Source of the DNA: Thermoplasmatota archaeon
GTDB taxonomy: Archaea > Thermoplasmatota > Thermoplasmata > RBG-16-68-12 > JAGMCJ01
Assembly: GCA_022848865.1 (NCBI GenBank)
Contig: JAJISE010000003.1
Span: 7,189 to 71,188, forward strand
Direction: 5' to 3'
DNA: 64,000 nucleotides
Shown: positions 54,121 through 64,000 of the stretch, piece after piece
How the letters are laid out: every line of letters begins with the position of its first letter
Numbering within the stretch: position 1 is the first letter of the stretch
The notes under the pieces: model-generated
What the model was told of the DNA's origin: nothing
What the model saw: only the letters and a program-made list of their open reading frames with translations
Database searches by the model: none
Translations under genes and position numbers: made by a program

Positions 54121-57100
54121 ATGATAAAGCAAGCCGAGAAAGAATACAGTCCGTATGAGCTTGAGACGAGGATAAGAGACTTCTGGAAGAGATCCAAGGC
54201 GTATCGCAAGACCAAGCAGAGCAGAAAGGAAGGCGAGGACTATTTCTTCTTGGACGGGCCTCCATATACAACCGAGTCTGCGCACCTTGGAACCGCTTGG
54301 AACAAGATAATCAAGGACCTGATTATCCGCTTCAGACGGATGCACGGATACAATGTCAGGGACCAGCCTGGCTATGACATGCACGGCCTGCCAATCGAGG
54401 TCCAGGTCGAGCGTTCCCTCGGCATCATGAACAAGAAGCAAATCGAGGAGCTGGGAATCAAGAAGTTCGTGGATACCTGCAGGGATTTCGCTCTGCAATT
54501 CCAGGAGAAGATGACCCAGCAGTTCGAGGAACTGGGCGTCTGGATGGACTGGGACAAACCCTACAGGACGATCGAGAATTCATACATAGAGGGCGCATGG
54601 TGGACGATGAAGAAGGCCCACGAGAAGGGACTGCTTGACCAGGCCCAGAGGGTTCTTCAATGGTGCCCGAGGTGCGAGACGGCCCTTGCGGAGGCTGAGA
54701 TCGAGTACTTCGACGAGACCGACCCGTCGCTCTTCGTAATGTTCCCCCTCGTCGACCGCGAGGACGAGTACATGCTCGTTTGGACGACAACTCCGTGGAC
54801 GCTTCCCGCCAATCTAGCCGCGGCCGTTCACCCGAACCTGAACTACGCGAAGGTGCTGGTCACACGTGAAGGCAGCCGCCAATACGTATGGCTCTACGAG
54901 GGAAACGTCGAGCAGGTGATGGGCAGCACGCCGGACGTCCTGAACTATGATGTGAAGGAGACTGTATCTGGTAAGGAACTGGTCGGCCTCGAATACAAGC
55001 ATCCATTAGCCAACAATGTGCCCTATCTGGATGAGATACGGGGCAACTGGGTTCACAAGGTCCTGGCATCCGACATAGTCACTGATGAGTTCACTGGAAT
55101 CGTTCACATGGCCCCCGGCCACGGTCCTGAGGATTTCGACATCGGCATACAGCATGACCTGCCAGCATTCTGTCCCGTGGACGAGAGGGGTTACTTCACG
55201 ACAGACGCTGGGGATTACAGGACCATGCATGTCAGGGAAGCCAATCGAAAGATAATCGACGATCTGACGGCCTCAGGGGCCCTTTTCAACGAGGAGGACA
55301 TCACGCACAGATACGGGCATTGCTGGAGATGCCAGACGCCAATCATCTACCGCGTCACGGAACAGTGGTTCTTGAAGGTGAAGGGACTCAAAGACAAGAT
55401 GCTCAAGGAGGTGGACAAGATCCAGTGGACGCCCGAATGGGCGGGAGCATCGAGACAATACGATTGGGTGCAGAATGCGAGGGACTGGTGCATCTCGAGA
55501 CAGAGATACTGGGGCATCCCACTCCCAATCTGGAAATGCGAGTGCGGGGAGATGACCGTCGTCGGATCCTCCAAGGAGCTGAGCGAAGGAGAGAACTATG
55601 TCGAGGGAATGGACCTCCACAGGCCTTCCATAGACTCGATCGTGTTGACTTGCCCGGCCTGCAAGAAGGAAATGCACAGGATTACTGACATTCTAGATGT
55701 CTGGTTCGACTCTGGAGTCTGCTCCTGGGCGCAGCTGGGATATCCCGGGAGAAGGGATGAATTCAAGAGATGGTGGCCGGCGAGATGGATTACAGAGGCG
55801 CCCGACCAGACCAGAGGCTGGTTCTATTCACAGTTGGGGGCTGGAGTGATCGCGTTCGACAGGGCGCCCTACGAGTCTGTCCTAGTGCACGGCTGGTTGA
55901 ACGATTCCGAAGGTCTGCCCATGTCCAAGAGTCGGGGGAATACGATAGAACCTTCTGGCATCGTCCATGAGTTCGGTGCCGATGCTCTAAGATTCTATCT
56001 TCTCAGAACCAGTGCCCCCTGGGAGGACATAAGCTTCCAGGTGGATGAAGTGAAGAATGCCAAGAGAACATTGAACATACTATGGAACGTTCAGAGGTTC
56101 GCATCCACCTACATGGTCATAGACGATTTCGACCCCGAAGAGTGGTCCCTGGATAGTCTCTCCGATCATATGAGGCCCGAGGATCGATGGATACTCTCAA
56201 GACTGCAGAAGGTCAAGATCCTCGCCGAGGAGGAACTCGAGAGCTACAATATCCACAAGGCCTGCCGTGAGGTGGAGGACTTCATATTGAACAACCTGTC
56301 CAGATGGTACGTCAGGTTGATCAGGAGCCGAACGTGGCTTGAGGAGGAGGACAGGAGCAAGCTTTCCGCCTACAAGGTCCTTCACGAATGCCTCACTACT
56401 ATCGCGAAGATATTTGCGCCATTTACCCCACACATCGCGGAGGCCATCTACCAGAACTTGGATGGAACGGCATTGACAGTTCACATGTGTGACTGGCCAG
56501 AGGCCGACGAGTCGCTTATCGATTCCAAGCTCGAGAATCAGATGGAGACGATTCAAGAGATTGTCGAGGTCGTGCTCAAGGTCAGACAGAAACAGGGACT
56601 CAAACTCCGCTGGCCAGTGAGGAAGATTACGGTGAAGCCAGCCGATGCTTCCGCGTACGAAGCTTTCGATGTCCTTCGGGATGTATTCGCGAATCAGACC
56701 AACTGCAAGGAGTTGGATATTCTGCAGCCAGGTCAGGATTTCGACGACTACGTGCTCCAGGTCAAACCAAAGGAAGCCGCGATCGGAAAGGCGTACAAGC
56801 AATGGTCCAGCAAAATCGCGACTCTCCTGGAGAGTCGGCCCGCCGACGTCGTTGCCAAAGAGATAAGGAAAGGCCAGTACGTCCTTGGAATCGAGGGCCA
56901 CGTCATCCGAGTCGATCCTGAGATGGTGGAAATCGGAATGAAGCTCCCCAAGAACGTCGTGAGCGTGGCCCACGACAAGGGAGAGATATTCGTTGATATG
57001 GAAATCACCCCGGAAATCAGGGGCGAAGGGTTCGCCCGCGAGACCATTCGAAGAATCCAGGAGATGCGGAAGGAGATCGACCTCGATGTCGAGGATTTCG

Positions 57101-58617
57101 TGAGCACCAAGGTGAAGGGTAGAGAGGAACTGCTGAGACTGGTAGCTAGATGGAAGGATTTCATAGCAACCGAAACAAGGTCAAGAGATCTGCATCTCTC
57201 CAAGGTCGACATCGACGAAGAGTACGTCGTCGAATGGAACATCGAGGGAGAGGTGGTCACCATCGGAATCACGCCTCTCTACATGAAGGAGGCACTAATC
57301 ACATTCACACAGATTCCAGGCATCAATGAGAAGAAAGCTGTACTCATGTATGATGCAGGATACAATAGCCTCGCTTCTTTGGAGCAGGCAACCAGTGGAG
57401 AACTCGGGAAGATAGAGGGAATGGATGAACTCGATGTCAGGAGGATTGAGAACTTCCTATCGCTTTCTCTGGAGGAAAGGGCCTTCCGCGCCTTCGTCTG
57501 TCCCTTCTGCGATATAGACCTGTCCTCGGGGACGACGGTCTGCCCACGATGCGGGGAGTCCATCGAAGAAGAGAAGCACATTTGCCCCGAGTGCAAGAAC
57601 GAGGTCTCGGCCGAAGCCCTCATATGTGAGCACTGTGGGGCCCAGCTCATGGAGGTTGCGGCAGCCACAGTAATCAAGGACAAGATCGACACCCTCACAC
57701 ACATCGGGGGAGTCTCTGTGGAGAATGCGGAGTGGCTTCTCTCGAAAGGATACGACTACGACAGGCTAGCTGGTGCCGACCTCGAAGAGATACGGCAGGT
57801 CGAGGGCATACGCGAGAGCTTGGCATTCCTCCTGGCAGATCACTTCGGTAAAGTCGAGCATGTCTGTCCACTCTGTGGGACGAAGGTCGAGGCTGATGCG
57901 ACCGTGTGTCGGCGTTGCGGAACATCTCTGGTTCCCGTCGAGGGGGAACCGGAGGAAGCTCCCCCGGTAGAGGCCGAGGTCTCCGAAGAGCTTCCCGCAG
58001 AGGAGGCTGTTCCCGAGGAGGCACCACTTATGGAGGTTGAGGAGCCTATCGAGGACGTGGCCGAGGAGGTTGCTGAAGAACCCGAACCCGTGCCAGAGGG
58101 GCTCGAAGCCGAGGTGGAGGAACCTCCAATCGCGGACGCAGAGATCGAGATCCCCGATTTGAATGAGGCCTTCACGTATCTCGTTAAGGAAGAGAGATCG
58201 GACTACACATTCAGAATGCTCCTGAAGGGCATCGAGAAGGGGAAACCTGGTTTTTGCGTCACTCGAATCTATCCTGACAAGGTGAGGGAGGCACACGGCC
58301 TCGAAGACGTTCCTATCCTCTGGCTCAGCAATGTGGGGAAAGAGGACTCCGTCCGCCCCAAGGACCTGGAGAAGCTGAGCCTCTCCCTCGAGCAGTTTAT
58401 CACCAAGGAATCCGGGATCGTGCTTCTCGACGGCATCGAATATCTGATTACGAACAACAACTTCATAACCGTCCTGCGACTCATCCAATCCCTTCGCGAC
58501 CAGATTGCCATCAACAGGTCCATACTCCTGATATCAGTCAATCCTGCAACTCTCGATGAACACCAGCTTAATCTGCTGGAACGCGAGGTGGATACTGTTC
58601 TGGGTCCCTATCCTTAG
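54121..58617 (+). CDS. ileS: Isoleucine--tRNA ligase with a C-terminal HhH / zinc-ribbon / DUF835 extension
   Basis: FLDGPPY, HLGTAWNK, GYDMHGLPIE, WTTTPWTLPAN, DWCISRQRYWG, DQTRGWF and PMSKS motifs, followed by about 445 extra residues. Confidence 0.96.
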   Translation: MIKQAEKEYSPYELETRIRDFWKRSKAYRKTKQSRKEGEDYFFLDGPPYTTESAHLGTAWNKIIKDLIIRFRRMHGYNVRDQPGYDMHGLPIEVQVERSLGIMNKKQIEELGIKKFVDTCRDFALQFQEKMTQQFEELGVWMDWDKPYRTIENSYIEGAWWTMKKAHEKGLLDQAQRVLQWCPRCETALAEAEIEYFDETDPSLFVMFPLVDREDEYMLVWTTTPWTLPANLAAAVHPNLNYAKVLVTREGSRQYVWLYEGNVEQVMGSTPDVLNYDVKETVSGKELVGLEYKHPLANNVPYLDEIRGNWVHKVLASDIVTDEFTGIVHMAPGHGPEDFDIGIQHDLPAFCPVDERGYFTTDAGDYRTMHVREANRKIIDDLTASGALFNEEDITHRYGHCWRCQTPIIYRVTEQWFLKVKGLKDKMLKEVDKIQWTPEWAGASRQYDWVQNARDWCISRQRYWGIPLPIWKCECGEMTVVGSSKELSEGENYVEGMDLHRPSIDSIVLTCPACKKEMHRITDILDVWFDSGVCSWAQLGYPGRRDEFKRWWPARWITEAPDQTRGWFYSQLGAGVIAFDRAPYESVLVHGWLNDSEGLPMSKSRGNTIEPSGIVHEFGADALRFYLLRTSAPWEDISFQVDEVKNAKRTLNILWNVQRFASTYMVIDDFDPEEWSLDSLSDHMRPEDRWILSRLQKVKILAEEELESYNIHKACREVEDFILNNLSRWYVRLIRSRTWLEEEDRSKLSAYKVLHECLTTIAKIFAPFTPHIAEAIYQNLDGTALTVHMCDWPEADESLIDSKLENQMETIQEIVEVVLKVRQKQGLKLRWPVRKITVKPADASAYEAFDVLRDVFANQTNCKELDILQPGQDFDDYVLQVKPKEAAIGKAYKQWSSKIATLLESRPADVVAKEIRKGQYVLGIEGHVIRVDPEMVEIGMKLPKNVVSVAHDKGEIFVDMEITPEIRGEGFARETIRRIQEMRKEIDLDVEDFVSTKVKGREELLRLVARWKDFIATETRSRDLHLSKVDIDEEYVVEWNIEGEVVTIGITPLYMKEALITFTQIPGINEKKAVLMYDAGYNSLASLEQATSGELGKIEGMDELDVRRIENFLSLSLEERAFRAFVCPFCDIDLSSGTTVCPRCGESIEEEKHICPECKNEVSAEALICEHCGAQLMEVAAATVIKDKIDTLTHIGGVSVENAEWLLSKGYDYDRLAGADLEEIRQVEGIRESLAFLLADHFGKVEHVCPLCGTKVEADATVCRRCGTSLVPVEGEPEEAPPVEAEVSEELPAEEAVPEEAPLMEVEEPIEDVAEEVAEEPEPVPEGLEAEVEEPPIADAEIEIPDLNEAFTYLVKEERSDYTFRMLLKGIEKGKPGFCVTRIYPDKVREAHGLEDVPILWLSNVGKEDSVRPKDLEKLSLSLEQFITKESGIVLLDGIEYLITNNNFITVLRLIQSLRDQIAINRSILLISVNPATLDEHQLNLLEREVDTVLGPYP

Positions 58618-58677
58618 CACCCACCGTTGGGCATGTCGCCGATATCTGCCCCAACCAGATCGTGGAGTTCCCGGTGA

Positions 58678-59457
58678 CTACATGAGGCTATCAAGCACTC
58701 TCTTCAGTCTGGTCACGCGATCATAGCTTGAGATTTCCTCCGGCCGAATCCATCGGTACTCCACGTGCTCCCAGTCAATCGTGATCTTTCTTGTGTCGAC
58801 CTCATATAAGAAGGGATGAACCTCCCAGATGGTGTCATTCCCGCGTGCCAGGATGGGCTTTCCCTCCTTTCTGAGCAATGGATTCCCAATGGCGGTTTCC
58901 TCAAGGATCTCCTGCCTGGACCTATCAACCGGGTCCTCGTCGTCCTCCAAGTAACCAGAGACACCAGCCCACTTCCCCCTCTGCGTGCCGACCTCTTCGC
59001 TTCTCTTCAACAGCAGGACTCTTCCCTTGTTGAAGAGGAAGGACGTGACCGCCCGCCTCAACTGTACGTCAGGCAGCTCAACGGAGGACTCCTCGGCATC
59101 TACAACCATCTTGTCCCCTGTTCTCAGGAGGCCAACGTCGATTCCATCAATCATCGGGATTCCAGATATCACTGCGCCAGTTGCCACCACCGCTTCTGCC
59201 CTCTCGTTGACAATCGCCACAGGAGCTCGTCTGCTCCTCTTTGTGCTGTACATGACGTAGGATCCGACCGTGCTGCCTCTTCCGAACGGGAATGCAAGAA
59301 CCTTCCCCCGGATGGACTCACCAGAGATATCGCTCTTGTGGTCTGTTATCAGACCGCTCTGTGGGTCGACGTCACCCAGAAATGAGATAGGGGAAGTCGA
59401 GACCAACCCGATACCCTCCGCCCCCCCTCCTGATATCCTTCTACCTATGAGTTTCAC
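58678..59457 (-). CDS. Aconitase X small (swiveling, DUF126) subunit fused to a NUDIX hydrolase
   Basis: ISFLGDVDP and GRGSTVGSY (DUF126), then GKWAGVSGYLEDDEDPVDRSRQEILEET (Nudix box). GTG start overlaps the upstream stop. Confidence 0.87.
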   Translation of the reverse strand: MKLIGRRISGGGAEGIGLVSTSPISFLGDVDPQSGLITDHKSDISGESIRGKVLAFPFGRGSTVGSYVMYSTKRSRRAPVAIVNERAEAVVATGAVISGIPMIDGIDVGLLRTGDKMVVDAEESSVELPDVQLRRAVTSFLFNKGRVLLLKRSEEVGTQRGKWAGVSGYLEDDEDPVDRSRQEILEETAIGNPLLRKEGKPILARGNDTIWEVHPFLYEVDTRKITIDWEHVEYRWIRPEEISSYDRVTRLKRVLDSLM

Positions 59458-60620
59458 AGGAATCTCCTCATCAGACTTCCGACATCGTCGAACACGACCT
59501 CCTGTGAGCAGAACTTGGGGAGGTAGAATGCAGCCTTTCCGGAATCCGTTGCCACCACTCTGCTTCTGTCTTCTATCGGGCAGACGACCATGCACGTGTC
59601 GCAGAGCACCTTCCCGATGTCTTCCAGCCGGTCGTGAAGGCCTCTAGCCTGGCTGTATACATGGCGGCTCGTGCATAGCCATATCTCGGTCCCTTTCCTC
59701 TTCTTCATTCGACGACCGGCCAGATCCTTGAGCTCCTCCATTGAAAGGTGAGGGCACCCGATGGCAACTATGTCGGGCTCCTCCTCCTCCTCCGTACCCA
59801 GCTCCTCTGCCTTCTCATCCAGCTCCTCTCGGCCGATATCGATTCTCTCCAATTCGTCGGCAACCGCGTTCCTGTGCTCGGGAGTCACGTCCTCAATGTG
59901 GAAGAGGGGGATTGAGCCCGTCGATGCCAGAGCGGCTCCCAGGGACTTCATTTCACTCTCGCTGGCGGACAGGCCTCGGAAATACGGGACCCCGTCCTCC
60001 GCAAACTCCCCCACTACGCATCCCAGGCTGGCGAAGTCCTTTCCCTTCAGCGGGCTTGAGACTTCCACGATCACCGTTGCCTTCCTGTTGTCGTCGATGT
60101 GAAGGCCGTATCGTGGCGTGAGGCCCGTCAGTGCTGAGGCCAACGCAGATGGCCCGCCCTCCCTGTTCGTGCGGGCCCCAATGACCGAATTGGCGAATGC
60201 CACCGCGGAAGATTCCGCCCAGGCGATGATATCTCCTTGGGATGGTCGGTTGCCCGCAAGATACGGTGTGCACGTCCAAGACTCCTCTACACCCATCTTC
60301 TCATACAGCCCCACGATTTCTAGCTGCTTCTGGGCGAAATCAGCAGATATCCCCATCTCCTTCCATCTCTGCCTGTCCATCGCTGTCGGGTTGGCAGTCG
60401 TTCTGGCCCTCACTCTCGTCCCCTGCGCCATGTCTGTGAGGAACTCGATCCCCGCGTCCCCTATCGTTTTGTACGAGACGCCACTGACGTGCGCTGAGCT
60501 TATCGGAACGAGACGGTCAGCGCCGAAGATGTCGCCGAGAGCGCAGAGTATCTCCATCGCCTTCCTTTCCCCGAAATGGCCGTTCTCCAACAACTCCTCC
60601 TGATCAGCCGTCAAGTGCAA
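59454..60620 (-). CDS. Aconitase X large subunit (DUF521; putative phosphomevalonate dehydratase)
   Basis: AHVSGVSYKTIG, TCTPY, WAESSA, GARTNREGG, GCPH and DTCMVVCP motifs. Confidence 0.9.
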   Translation of the reverse strand: MHLTADQEELLENGHFGERKAMEILCALGDIFGADRLVPISSAHVSGVSYKTIGDAGIEFLTDMAQGTRVRARTTANPTAMDRQRWKEMGISADFAQKQLEIVGLYEKMGVEESWTCTPYLAGNRPSQGDIIAWAESSAVAFANSVIGARTNREGGPSALASALTGLTPRYGLHIDDNRKATVIVEVSSPLKGKDFASLGCVVGEFAEDGVPYFRGLSASESEMKSLGAALASTGSIPLFHIEDVTPEHRNAVADELERIDIGREELDEKAEELGTEEEEEPDIVAIGCPHLSMEELKDLAGRRMKKRKGTEIWLCTSRHVYSQARGLHDRLEDIGKVLCDTCMVVCPIEDRSRVVATDSGKAAFYLPKFCSQEVVFDDVGSLMRRFL

Positions 60621-60624
60621 CGAA

Positions 60625-61050
60625 TCACTCCTCTCGCAGCGTTTCCATCAGCACTCCCATTGCCACGTCCCGATTGGCTGGGTAAGCTCTCACTTTGGCA
60701 ACAACTGATACCGCATCATCTTTCTCGGTCATCTCGATCGTGCCCTTGTATGCAGCCTGCTTTGAGAATCTCATGTGGAGACTCCCTTCCTCGTCCAATC
60801 TTCTGTTCAGCGAGGCGAGGATTCTCGAAAAGAGACCCACATCTCTGAGCTTCTCAAGGAAAGCTTCCAGGTCCTTTCTCTTGTTCAGGAAGACCGTGAT
60901 CTTCACCACTGGGTTGCCGTGATGTCCCTTGAGTGTCTCGGTCTCCACCTTCTGAGCTCCTGAAACGAACCTCATGGCCGACTCCACTCTTGACTGGTCT
61001 TCAGTCGCGTGGGAGTACGTCCTCAACCTGACATTGTGCAGAATGTTCAT
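60625..61050 (-). CDS. Putative RNA-binding protein (DUF54-like)
   Basis: HATEDQSRV, GHHGNP and RFSKQAAY motifs. ATGA overlap with the upstream gene. Confidence 0.75.
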   Translation of the reverse strand: MNILHNVRLRTYSHATEDQSRVESAMRFVSGAQKVETETLKGHHGNPVVKITVFLNKRKDLEAFLEKLRDVGLFSRILASLNRRLDEEGSLHMRFSKQAAYKGTIEMTEKDDAVSVVAKVRAYPANRDVAMGVLMETLREE

Positions 61051-61610
61051 TCGCCCAGCCCGCTGAGGTAGTCCTCTATGGATTTCCTGAAGTTCTCCAA
61101 GGTCCCTTCGTTCTCCACTCTGACATCCGCGGATTCGATTAGCGCACCCAAACCCCAAGCAGTTTCTCTCCTTTCTCTCCTGTCAAACTCGTCTCGTGAC
61201 AGAATGTCGTCCTCTCTTCCTCGGGCGACGAGTCTTCGAAACCTTGTCTCGGGTGACGATCGGATGGCAACCAGTCTCAGGGAACCGCCAAAGCTATCCT
61301 GGAAGACTTTGAGCTCGGCATCGCTCCTCAACCCGTCTATCACACACTTCGATGATCGAACGAACGGAAGCGTCCTCCGAGCCCATACGTTTGGACCGTG
61401 GATCTTCCTCTCCTCGTCGGCCATGCCGCCAACGCTCGCATCGCTGAAAGGCAACCCCCTTCTCTGGGCCTCTTCCCTCACGACATCGCCCATTCTAGTG
61501 ATCTGATATCCATGGTCCGAGCAGACTTTAATGAACTCTTCCTTCCCACAACCGGGCATACCTGTGACGCATATCACCGGCAAGATTCTACCCACCCAGT
61601 TGTCATTCAA
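61047..61610 (-). CDS. P-loop kinase, archaeal dephospho-CoA kinase-like (UPF0200)
   Basis: VTGMPGCGK, MGDVVREE, IDGLRS and RFRRL motifs. Confidence 0.8.
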   Translation of the reverse strand: MNDNWVGRILPVICVTGMPGCGKEEFIKVCSDHGYQITRMGDVVREEAQRRGLPFSDASVGGMADEERKIHGPNVWARRTLPFVRSSKCVIDGLRSDAELKVFQDSFGGSLRLVAIRSSPETRFRRLVARGREDDILSRDEFDRRERRETAWGLGALIESADVRVENEGTLENFRKSIEDYLSGLGE

Positions 61611-61715
61611 TCGAATCCTATAAGAACCTATTGAAGTTTCTTGGCCCGCCCTCAGAGAACCGAAAATTAGAAATAACCACGTGGAGTAGAGAGATGTCCC
61701 AGTGGGTGATGAGAA

Positions 61716-62735
61716 ATGCCTTTAGATCTTGATCTGAGTAAACTGCGGTTCGGCACCGAACTGCTCAAGAGGGGATTTGCGAAAATGCAGAAGGGCGGCG
61801 TCATAATGGATGTCACAAACGCCGAGCAGGCCGTGATCTCCGAAGAAGCAGGTGCCGTTGCCGTGATGGCCCTCGAGAGAGTTCCTGCCGACATTAGAAC
61901 TGCGGGGGGCGTCGCCAGGATGGCCGACCCCAAGAGGATTGAGGAGATAATCGGATCGGTCACGATACCTGTCATGGCCAAGGCCAGGATCGGTCATTTT
62001 GCGGAGGCCCAAGCCCTGGAGACCCTCGGGGTCGATATGGTCGATGAGTCCGAGGTTCTGACCCCCGCGGATCCTTTCTTCCACATAGACAAGAAGCAGT
62101 TCAAGATACCCTTTGTGTGTGGGACCAGAAACCTGGGCGAAGCGGCCAGGCGACTATTCGAAGGTGCCGCGATGATGCGGACAAAGGGTGAGGCGGGAAC
62201 GGGAAACGTTGTAGAAGCGGTCCGCCATATGAGGATAATGAATTCCTCCATCTGCAGACTCGGCGACCTGTCCGAATCCGAGATGCACAGAACCGCCGGG
62301 AAGTTCGCTGAGAAGTACCTTACGCTGGCTGGGTTCGTGAAGTCACACATGGCAGATGAGAAAGCAGACTTCTCGACGATGACGATTTTTGGCGGGAAGA
62401 CGTATTCCACGATGGTCGAGGAGATTCACGATGTGCTGAAGGAGATTGCGGAGATGAAGAGGCTCCCCGTCGTGAATTTCGCGGCGGGCGGCATAGCCAC
62501 TCCAGCCGATGCGGCCATCATGATGCAGCTCGGCTGTGATGGTGTCTTCGTCGGCTCTGGGATATTCAAGTCCGGGGATCCACCCGTAATGGCAAGAGCG
62601 ATTGTTGAGGCCGTGACGAACTTCGATGACCCCTCGGTTATCGCGGAGGTCTCGAAATCCCTCGGGGATCCAATGAGAGGTCTAGATATCAACGAGATTC
62701 CTGAGCACGAGCGACTTCAAGAGCGCGGGATATAG
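61716..62735 (+). CDS. pdxS: Pyridoxal 5'-phosphate synthase lyase subunit
   Basis: [41 protein letters not shown] motifs. Confidence 0.97.
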   Translation: MPLDLDLSKLRFGTELLKRGFAKMQKGGVIMDVTNAEQAVISEEAGAVAVMALERVPADIRTAGGVARMADPKRIEEIIGSVTIPVMAKARIGHFAEAQALETLGVDMVDESEVLTPADPFFHIDKKQFKIPFVCGTRNLGEAARRLFEGAAMMRTKGEAGTGNVVEAVRHMRIMNSSICRLGDLSESEMHRTAGKFAEKYLTLAGFVKSHMADEKADFSTMTIFGGKTYSTMVEEIHDVLKEIAEMKRLPVVNFAAGGIATPADAAIMMQLGCDGVFVGSGIFKSGDPPVMARAIVEAVTNFDDPSVIAEVSKSLGDPMRGLDINEIPEHERLQERGI

Positions 62736-63687
62736 CCGCTTCCGCCGCAACCCGCCTGACCTCCTCAACTCCATCACCAGTGAGTGCCGACATCTGCAAG
62801 CGAGGAGAGTCCCGTCTCATCAGGTCAGATTTGTTCTCGACCGCGACAAGGGGGATGTCCTGGAACTGTTCGGAGATGTCTCTCATGAGGCTCTCCTGCT
62901 TCGCGACCTCATATCCGCAAGTCTCGGTCATGTCGAGGACGAAGACGATCGAATGTGCCAGGAACCTCAGAGCCGCAATGGCCTGTCTCTCAATCTCGTT
63001 CCTTTCGGCCATCTCCCTGTCGAGAAGACCTGGCGTGTCGATGACCTGGAAACGCGTGCGGTCCTTGTCGAAATGCCCCAACGACACCTTTTTCGTCGTG
63101 AATGGGTAATTCTCCACTCTCGGTTTCCCGGACGACATCGCTCTCACGATCAGGGACTTGCCCACATTGGGATACCCAGCGATGACTATCGTGGGCACTG
63201 ATGGATCAATGGAAGGCATTTTTCGCAGTCTCTTCTTTGCCTCGATTAGGAAATCCAGTTTACTGGACGTCTGTTTCAACAACGACGATATCCGGCCGAA
63301 AGCCTCCTTTCTGAGGGCCTCGATCTCCGCATGGTTCCTCGCTATTCTTACTCTCTTGATGTAGGTCCTCCTGATCTCGCTGGATTTCTCCGCACACCAC
63401 TTCAGCGCGCCCAATGACCTCTTCAGATCGTCTTTGCCGACGAGTATGTCAACTATCTCGAAATAGAAAGGGTGAAGACTGTCCACCGAAGAGGATTTCT
63501 TCTGATACCGAGTCAGAGTGGACACGATGACGTCGTTGAGGACGTCGATCTTCTTGATGGACGTCTTCTTGGCAATCTCCTTCTTGTTCCTCCCTCCCAC
63601 GGAGACCTTCGAGACTCTCTTGAACGCCGTGTCCAGAAGCTCATCACATGTCATTATTGCCGGTATCCTGAACATCCAGGTGGTCAT
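62689..63687 (-). CDS. NOG1-family GTP-binding protein
   Basis: [29 protein letters not shown] motifs. GAAGGAG RBS before ATG 63687. Confidence 0.93.
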   Translation of the reverse strand: MTTWMFRIPAIMTCDELLDTAFKRVSKVSVGGRNKKEIAKKTSIKKIDVLNDVIVSTLTRYQKKSSSVDSLHPFYFEIVDILVGKDDLKRSLGALKWCAEKSSEIRRTYIKRVRIARNHAEIEALRKEAFGRISSLLKQTSSKLDFLIEAKKRLRKMPSIDPSVPTIVIAGYPNVGKSLIVRAMSSGKPRVENYPFTTKKVSLGHFDKDRTRFQVIDTPGLLDREMAERNEIERQAIAALRFLAHSIVFVLDMTETCGYEVAKQESLMRDISEQFQDIPLVAVENKSDLMRRDSPRLQMSALTGDGVEEVRRVAAEAAISRALEVARAQESR

Positions 63688-63715
63688 CTCCTTCGAGGAC
63701 AAAATAGTTGCGTAT

Positions 63716-64000
63716 CTAGACTGCCACGAAGCCAAATGCCACAAACACCGCCGCGACTATTGCCGACCGGATCACCCCAGCGACGAAATTGACACCAAGA
63801 AAAACGTTCATGCTCAGGACCTCTCCCTCCGTGTTGAAGAGGGAGTAGATGTATATCGGGACCGTGTCCGGCATCAAGGGAATGCTCAGGAGTATGAGTA
63901 GACCAACATGGCGTGTCCTTCGCACGAACCTGGTCATCAGCCCGACGAACCACTTCGAGAATCTGTATTTCTCGGACCATCTCCTGATGTTGTCTTCGAC
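63716..64000 (-). CDS. DedA/VTT (YqaA-like) membrane protein, 5'-partial
   Basis: Frame is open to the window end (VEDNIRRWSEKYRFSKWF...). LLSIPLMPDT and AGVIRS resemble the VTT domain. Confidence 0.65.
   Translation of the reverse strand, partial: VEDNIRRWSEKYRFSKWFVGLMTRFVRRTRHVGLLILLSIPLMPDTVPIYIYSLFNTEGEVLSMNVFLGVNFVAGVIRSAIVAAVFVAFGFVAV

Noticed and set aside
55900-55940. IleRS PMSKS in place of KMSKS as a sign of inactivation
   Set aside because: The catalytically important second Lys is retained, first-position variation is common, and all other IleRS motifs are intact.
62689-62735. Convergent 47-nt overlap of the pdxS and NOG1 3' ends as a regulatory system
   Set aside because: Short convergent overlaps are common in compact archaeal genomes and nothing else suggests antisense control.
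1-64000. CRISPR arrays, IS elements, prophage or integrase, rRNA genes
   Set aside because: No regularly spaced direct repeats, transposase or integrase motifs, viral structural genes or rRNA signature sequences were seen. There are also no duplicated tRNA 3' ends suggesting att sites.

Overview
Archaeal chromosomal window with housekeeping content. The gene set points to a Thermoplasmata-like lineage outside Thermoplasmatales (DUF835 fusion, CARDB surface proteins, Rab-like GTPases, AcnX mevalonate enzymes); this taxonomy is inferred from gene content only. It carries the large S10/spc-type ribosomal protein cluster (rpl3 to secY), the rpl18e-rpl13-rps9-rpoN cluster, pheS, trpS, ileS, lonB, a RecJ/GAN-like nuclease, argF, pdxS and three large surface proteins. 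The strongest signal is a compact eukaryote-like ubiquitination operon at 7905-10139: E1, a ubiquitin-like protein ending in GG, an HPN/Cys E2 and an Rpn11-like JAMM protease, with no E3 in the locus and housekeeping rather than defence-island neighbours. Other notable items: four tandem Rab-like small GTPases; a 1896-aa helical protein with duplicated Ig-like plus longin-like units whose C-terminus is a paralogous copy of the C-terminal domain of the neighbouring IleRS; an IleRS extended by HhH, zinc-ribbon and DUF835 domains; two tRNAs (Pro-GGG, His-GTG) with BHB introns at the non-canonical T-loop position 59/60; a truncated FtsZ paralog lacking the T7 loop behind a CdrS-like regulator; an AcnX small subunit-NUDIX fusion; a candidate structured ncRNA; and small ORFs missed by the ORF track. 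No CRISPR array, rRNA, transposase or integrase was seen. All domain calls come from motif recognition by eye, not from database searches. Several starts were moved from the ORF track to RBS-supported codons.
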